From Bugula neritina (Eukaryota > Animalia > Bryozoa), in NCBI GenBank assembly GCA_964035545.1, contig CAXIUT010000133.1, positions 1 through 12,273 on the forward strand: 12,273 bases of DNA, in the 5' to 3' direction. A model generated the notes under the pieces. That model ran no database searches and was not told the DNA's origin. It worked only from the letters and a program-made list of their open reading frames with translations. Shown here one piece after another: positions 10,019 to 12,273 of this stretch. A program made the position numbers and the translations under genes. Position 1 is the first letter of the stretch. Every line of letters starts with the position of its first letter.

Positions 10019-11077
10019 TCACTCAGGACGTTTGATTCTACGTCCATTAGTTTATTCGGGAAGAGTAAGGGCAAGTTCTTTTGTATGTTTGAGAATTTCA
10101 ATAGTCCATGGTAACCTTCTCATTCCTTATATTTTACCTACATTCTTCTATTTAATAGCTGCTTCAATTAATGATGATAGGTAGACAATCTTTTTGGTGT
10201 TATCTTCTCTGATAATTGCTTCAAGATCCTCTAGATCAAATAAAAAATACTTAAAAAAGAGTCATAGTCTTAAGCAAAGCGAGGGCAGCTGAAAACTCTT
10301 TTGAGAAAGTTACAATTCATAGTTTTTTCTGAGGAATTTTTTCTTTTTTAGAGGGAAAGTACTTGAAAGGAACACTGAAGGATTAGGCATCATCTTCTTC
10401 AGCAAAATATTTACGCATTGAGCTTTCAAGGCCTCTCCCTGATGTTTCTTTTTTACTTTTTTCAGAAACGTACTTAAATGCTTTTCTCATACAATACTTA
10501 GTAAGTTCTTCTTTAGTTTTTTTCAATTTTTTGAATTTCTCAACTAAAATTTTAAACGTTTGTTCGACAAATGGACCTAGCTAGTAAAATCTCTTTCCTT
10601 CTTGTAGTAGAACACTTTCCTTTTGTCCTGAGTGTTATACCAAAAATTAAATCATTGATCTACATTAAATGAGAGTTACTGCACTGAAGGAGTGAAATTT
10701 TAGGAGCTGAGAGAGAGAAAAGGAGGCTGAGGCAATTATTTTGGTGAATTGAAGCGAGTTGAGGGCATTTAACAGCGATGTTAATTAATAGGCGAGTGAG
10801 GTTATTCTTAGAATTCTTCCTTTACAGCTTACGGTTCACCCAGAGAGAAGCCGTAGTCATTGTTGAGTAAGTTATAGGGGGTCAGGGAGGAAGGCTAGCA
10901 GTCAGGGATCGGTAATGAATGGGGTTAAGGTTCGAGTCTGAAGGAGCCTAAGTCTTCAAGTTCATCTGAGATCTTGCGGAGATGGGGAAAAGGACTAAGC
11001 ACTGGACTTGGACCCTGCTTAAGCAGTGGGGAGAAGAAGTGGAAAGATTGAGCTGGACTATTATTGCTATTATTCAT
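10019..11077 (-). CDS. Hypothetical protein, about 332 aa, 3 introns, with a Pro/Ser-rich N-half and a basic helical C-terminal domain
   Basis: ATG 11077 (alternative in-frame ATG 11116) to TGA 10021-10019. Removing introns 10660-10679, 10343-10362 and 10231-10250 leaves 999 nt in one frame. The C-terminal part reads KKTKEELTKYCMRKAFK...PFKKNSSEKTMNCNFLKRVF...RRLPWT. Confidence 0.8.
10231..10250 (-). other. 20-nt intron
   Basis: GTATTTTTTATTTGATCTAG on the minus strand. Removal restores the frame. Confidence 0.85.
10343..10362 (-). other. 20-nt intron
   Basis: GTACTTTCCCTCTAAAAAAG on the minus strand. Removal gives VPFK-KNSSEKTM. Confidence 0.8.
10660..10679 (-). other. 20-nt intron
   Basis: GTAACTCTCATTTAATGTAG on the minus strand. 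Removal avoids a TGA immediately downstream. Confidence 0.8.
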
Positions 11078-11219
11078 AAATAATATGATTTGTAATTGCT
11101 GCAATAAAACTGTCATTGCTTCTATATTAAAAACTCTGGATACTATCTATCTATTCATTTATAATATTTATATCAGAACAGTCATTCAATCTTGATGTTA
11201 ATAATTTCTGATAGAATGC

Positions 11220-11294
11220 GGGGTTGGGGTTGGGGTTGGGGTTGGGGGTTGGGGTTGGGGTTGGGGTTGGGGTTGGGGTTGGGGTTGGGGTTGG
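11220..11294 (+). repeat. Internal (GGGGTT)n telomeric tract, 75 nt
   Basis: G4T2 array with one G5 variant, ending ...TTGG. Confidence 0.97.
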
Positions 11295-11412
11295 AGCTAT
11301 AAAATACAAACTAAAGCTGATAGTAGTCGTAGAATAGACTTGATAATGATCATAATAATATTAAAATATGGGACAAAATCTCAATCACAAAAAATAGTCT
11401 TCAATACCCCAA

Positions 11413-11486
11413 GGGGTTGGGGTTGGGGTTGGGGTTGGGGTTGGGGTTGGGGTTGGGTTGGGGTTGGGGTTGGGGTTGGGGTTGGG
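11413..11486 (+). repeat. Internal (GGGGTT)n telomeric tract, 74 nt
   Basis: G4T2 array with one G3 variant, ending ...TTGGG. Confidence 0.97.
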
Positions 11487-12091
11487 AGACAAAATAGAGA
11501 GGAGTTGCGACTATCTCTTCATCTTTACATGAGCTCATTTAAGTACAACCAGGTTCACTGGCAGTAATCAAGAATTATATGTGCAATCAGTAACTTTGGA
11601 GTCACTCGAGATGTCTAACCTCAAGTTGAAGAAATTACTCTTGATATGGAACAGATATATAGAATTCATGAACTCATAAAACACTTTAGAAAAAAAAGTA
11701 TGTATCTAAGTTAAAAAGAAAACAAAGGGCAATAGCCTAAAGCTACGACTACAGGTGGTCAGGAATAATAGAATGATTGTTGTATTTGTTTTGAAGAAAA
11801 GGCCAGTACTGTTCTTCCGTGTGGAGTAATTTATGATATACCTAGCACTGCTATTGTCCAGTTTGTACTTCGAAGTATATAATTGAGCAGGTGTAGCATA
11901 AATGTCCTCAATGCCGTCGTGCTTTTCATGGTAGTAAGGCTATGATATAAAAATCATTTTATTAGGTAATAGAATAAGATGAACTTCTCTATGATCAGGC
12001 GAGAAGTCAAATTCTAGAATGTGTGGCTAAATATAATGTTCAAGCTGTGAGAGTTCTCAAACAATAAATTTTATAAAATTAAATTAAATGA
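11487..12091 (+). CDS. RING-HC (C3HC4) zinc-finger protein, probably 5'-truncated
   Basis: The frame is open from the telomere junction (first ATG at 11529). CICFEEKASTVLPCG|HCYCPVC...KCPQCR is formed after removing intron 11826-11845. First in-frame TGA at 12089-12091. Confidence 0.85.
11826..11845 (+). other. 20-nt intron
   Basis: GTAATTTATGATATACCTAG sits exactly between CG and H of the RING LPCGH motif. Confidence 0.93.
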
Positions 12092-12105
12092 AATGATAAT
12101 GGTAC

Positions 12106-12133
12106 TTATTATTTATTATTTATTATTTATTAT
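12106..12133 (+). repeat. (TTATTAT)4 short tandem repeat in the 3' UTR or subtelomere
   Basis: Four perfect 7-mers read directly from the sequence. Confidence 0.7.
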
Positions 12134-12174
12134 CCTTGAAAATATAAATCAACAGTCTTATTTAATTTTTCTAT

Positions 12175-12273
12175 GGGGTTGGGGTGGGGTTGGGGTTGGG
12201 GTTGGGGTTGGGGTTGGGGTTGGGGTTGGGGTTGGGGTTGGGGTTGGGGTTGGGGGTTGGGGTTGGGGTTGGG
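12175..12273 (+). repeat. Right terminal telomere, (GGGGTT)n
   Basis: G4T2 array running to the window end, with one G4T and one G5T2 variant. Confidence 0.98.

Noticed and set aside
11220-11486. Repeat-spacer-repeat layout as a CRISPR array or transposon ends
   Set aside because: The repeats are simple telomeric hexamers in direct orientation. There is no cas gene, transposase, terminal inverted repeat or target-site duplication.
11340-11567. Track ORF with GWGWGW/VGVGVG repeats
   Set aside because: It is a translation through the telomeric tract. Only the part after 11486 belongs to a real gene (the RING gene).
11244-12256. G3, G5 and G4T variant telomere units as a degenerate telomerase template
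   Set aside because: They are isolated single-base indels in homopolymer runs and cannot be told apart from sequencing error.

Overview
AT-rich ciliate macronuclear-type DNA with C4A2/G4T2 telomeres. The supplied standard-code ORF track is mostly misleading. Hand translation shows TAA and TAG are sense codons, best read as Glu (peritrich-type code, NCBI table 30) rather than Gln as in Tetrahymena and Paramecium, and TGA closes every gene. Positions 1-7722 form a complete telomere-to-telomere minichromosome of about 7.7 kb with 7 tightly packed genes: pectinacetylesterase/Notum-family hydrolase, degenerate ornithine-decarboxylase-like protein, TBC Rab-GAP, acidic N-anchored protein, HSF-domain protein, small Lys-rich putative ubiquitin-fold protein and CFAP97/Hemingway-like protein. 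Three more segments follow head-to-tail, each ending in G4T2 but with no C4A2 cap. Segment 7723-11294 holds a hypothetical protein, an AGC-like probable pseudokinase and a 3-intron hypothetical protein. Segment 11295-11486 looks like a short gene-end fragment. Segment 11487-12273 holds a probably 5'-truncated RING gene. Five introns are exactly 20 nt (GTA...AG). Coordinates and translations are manual and no database searches were run.
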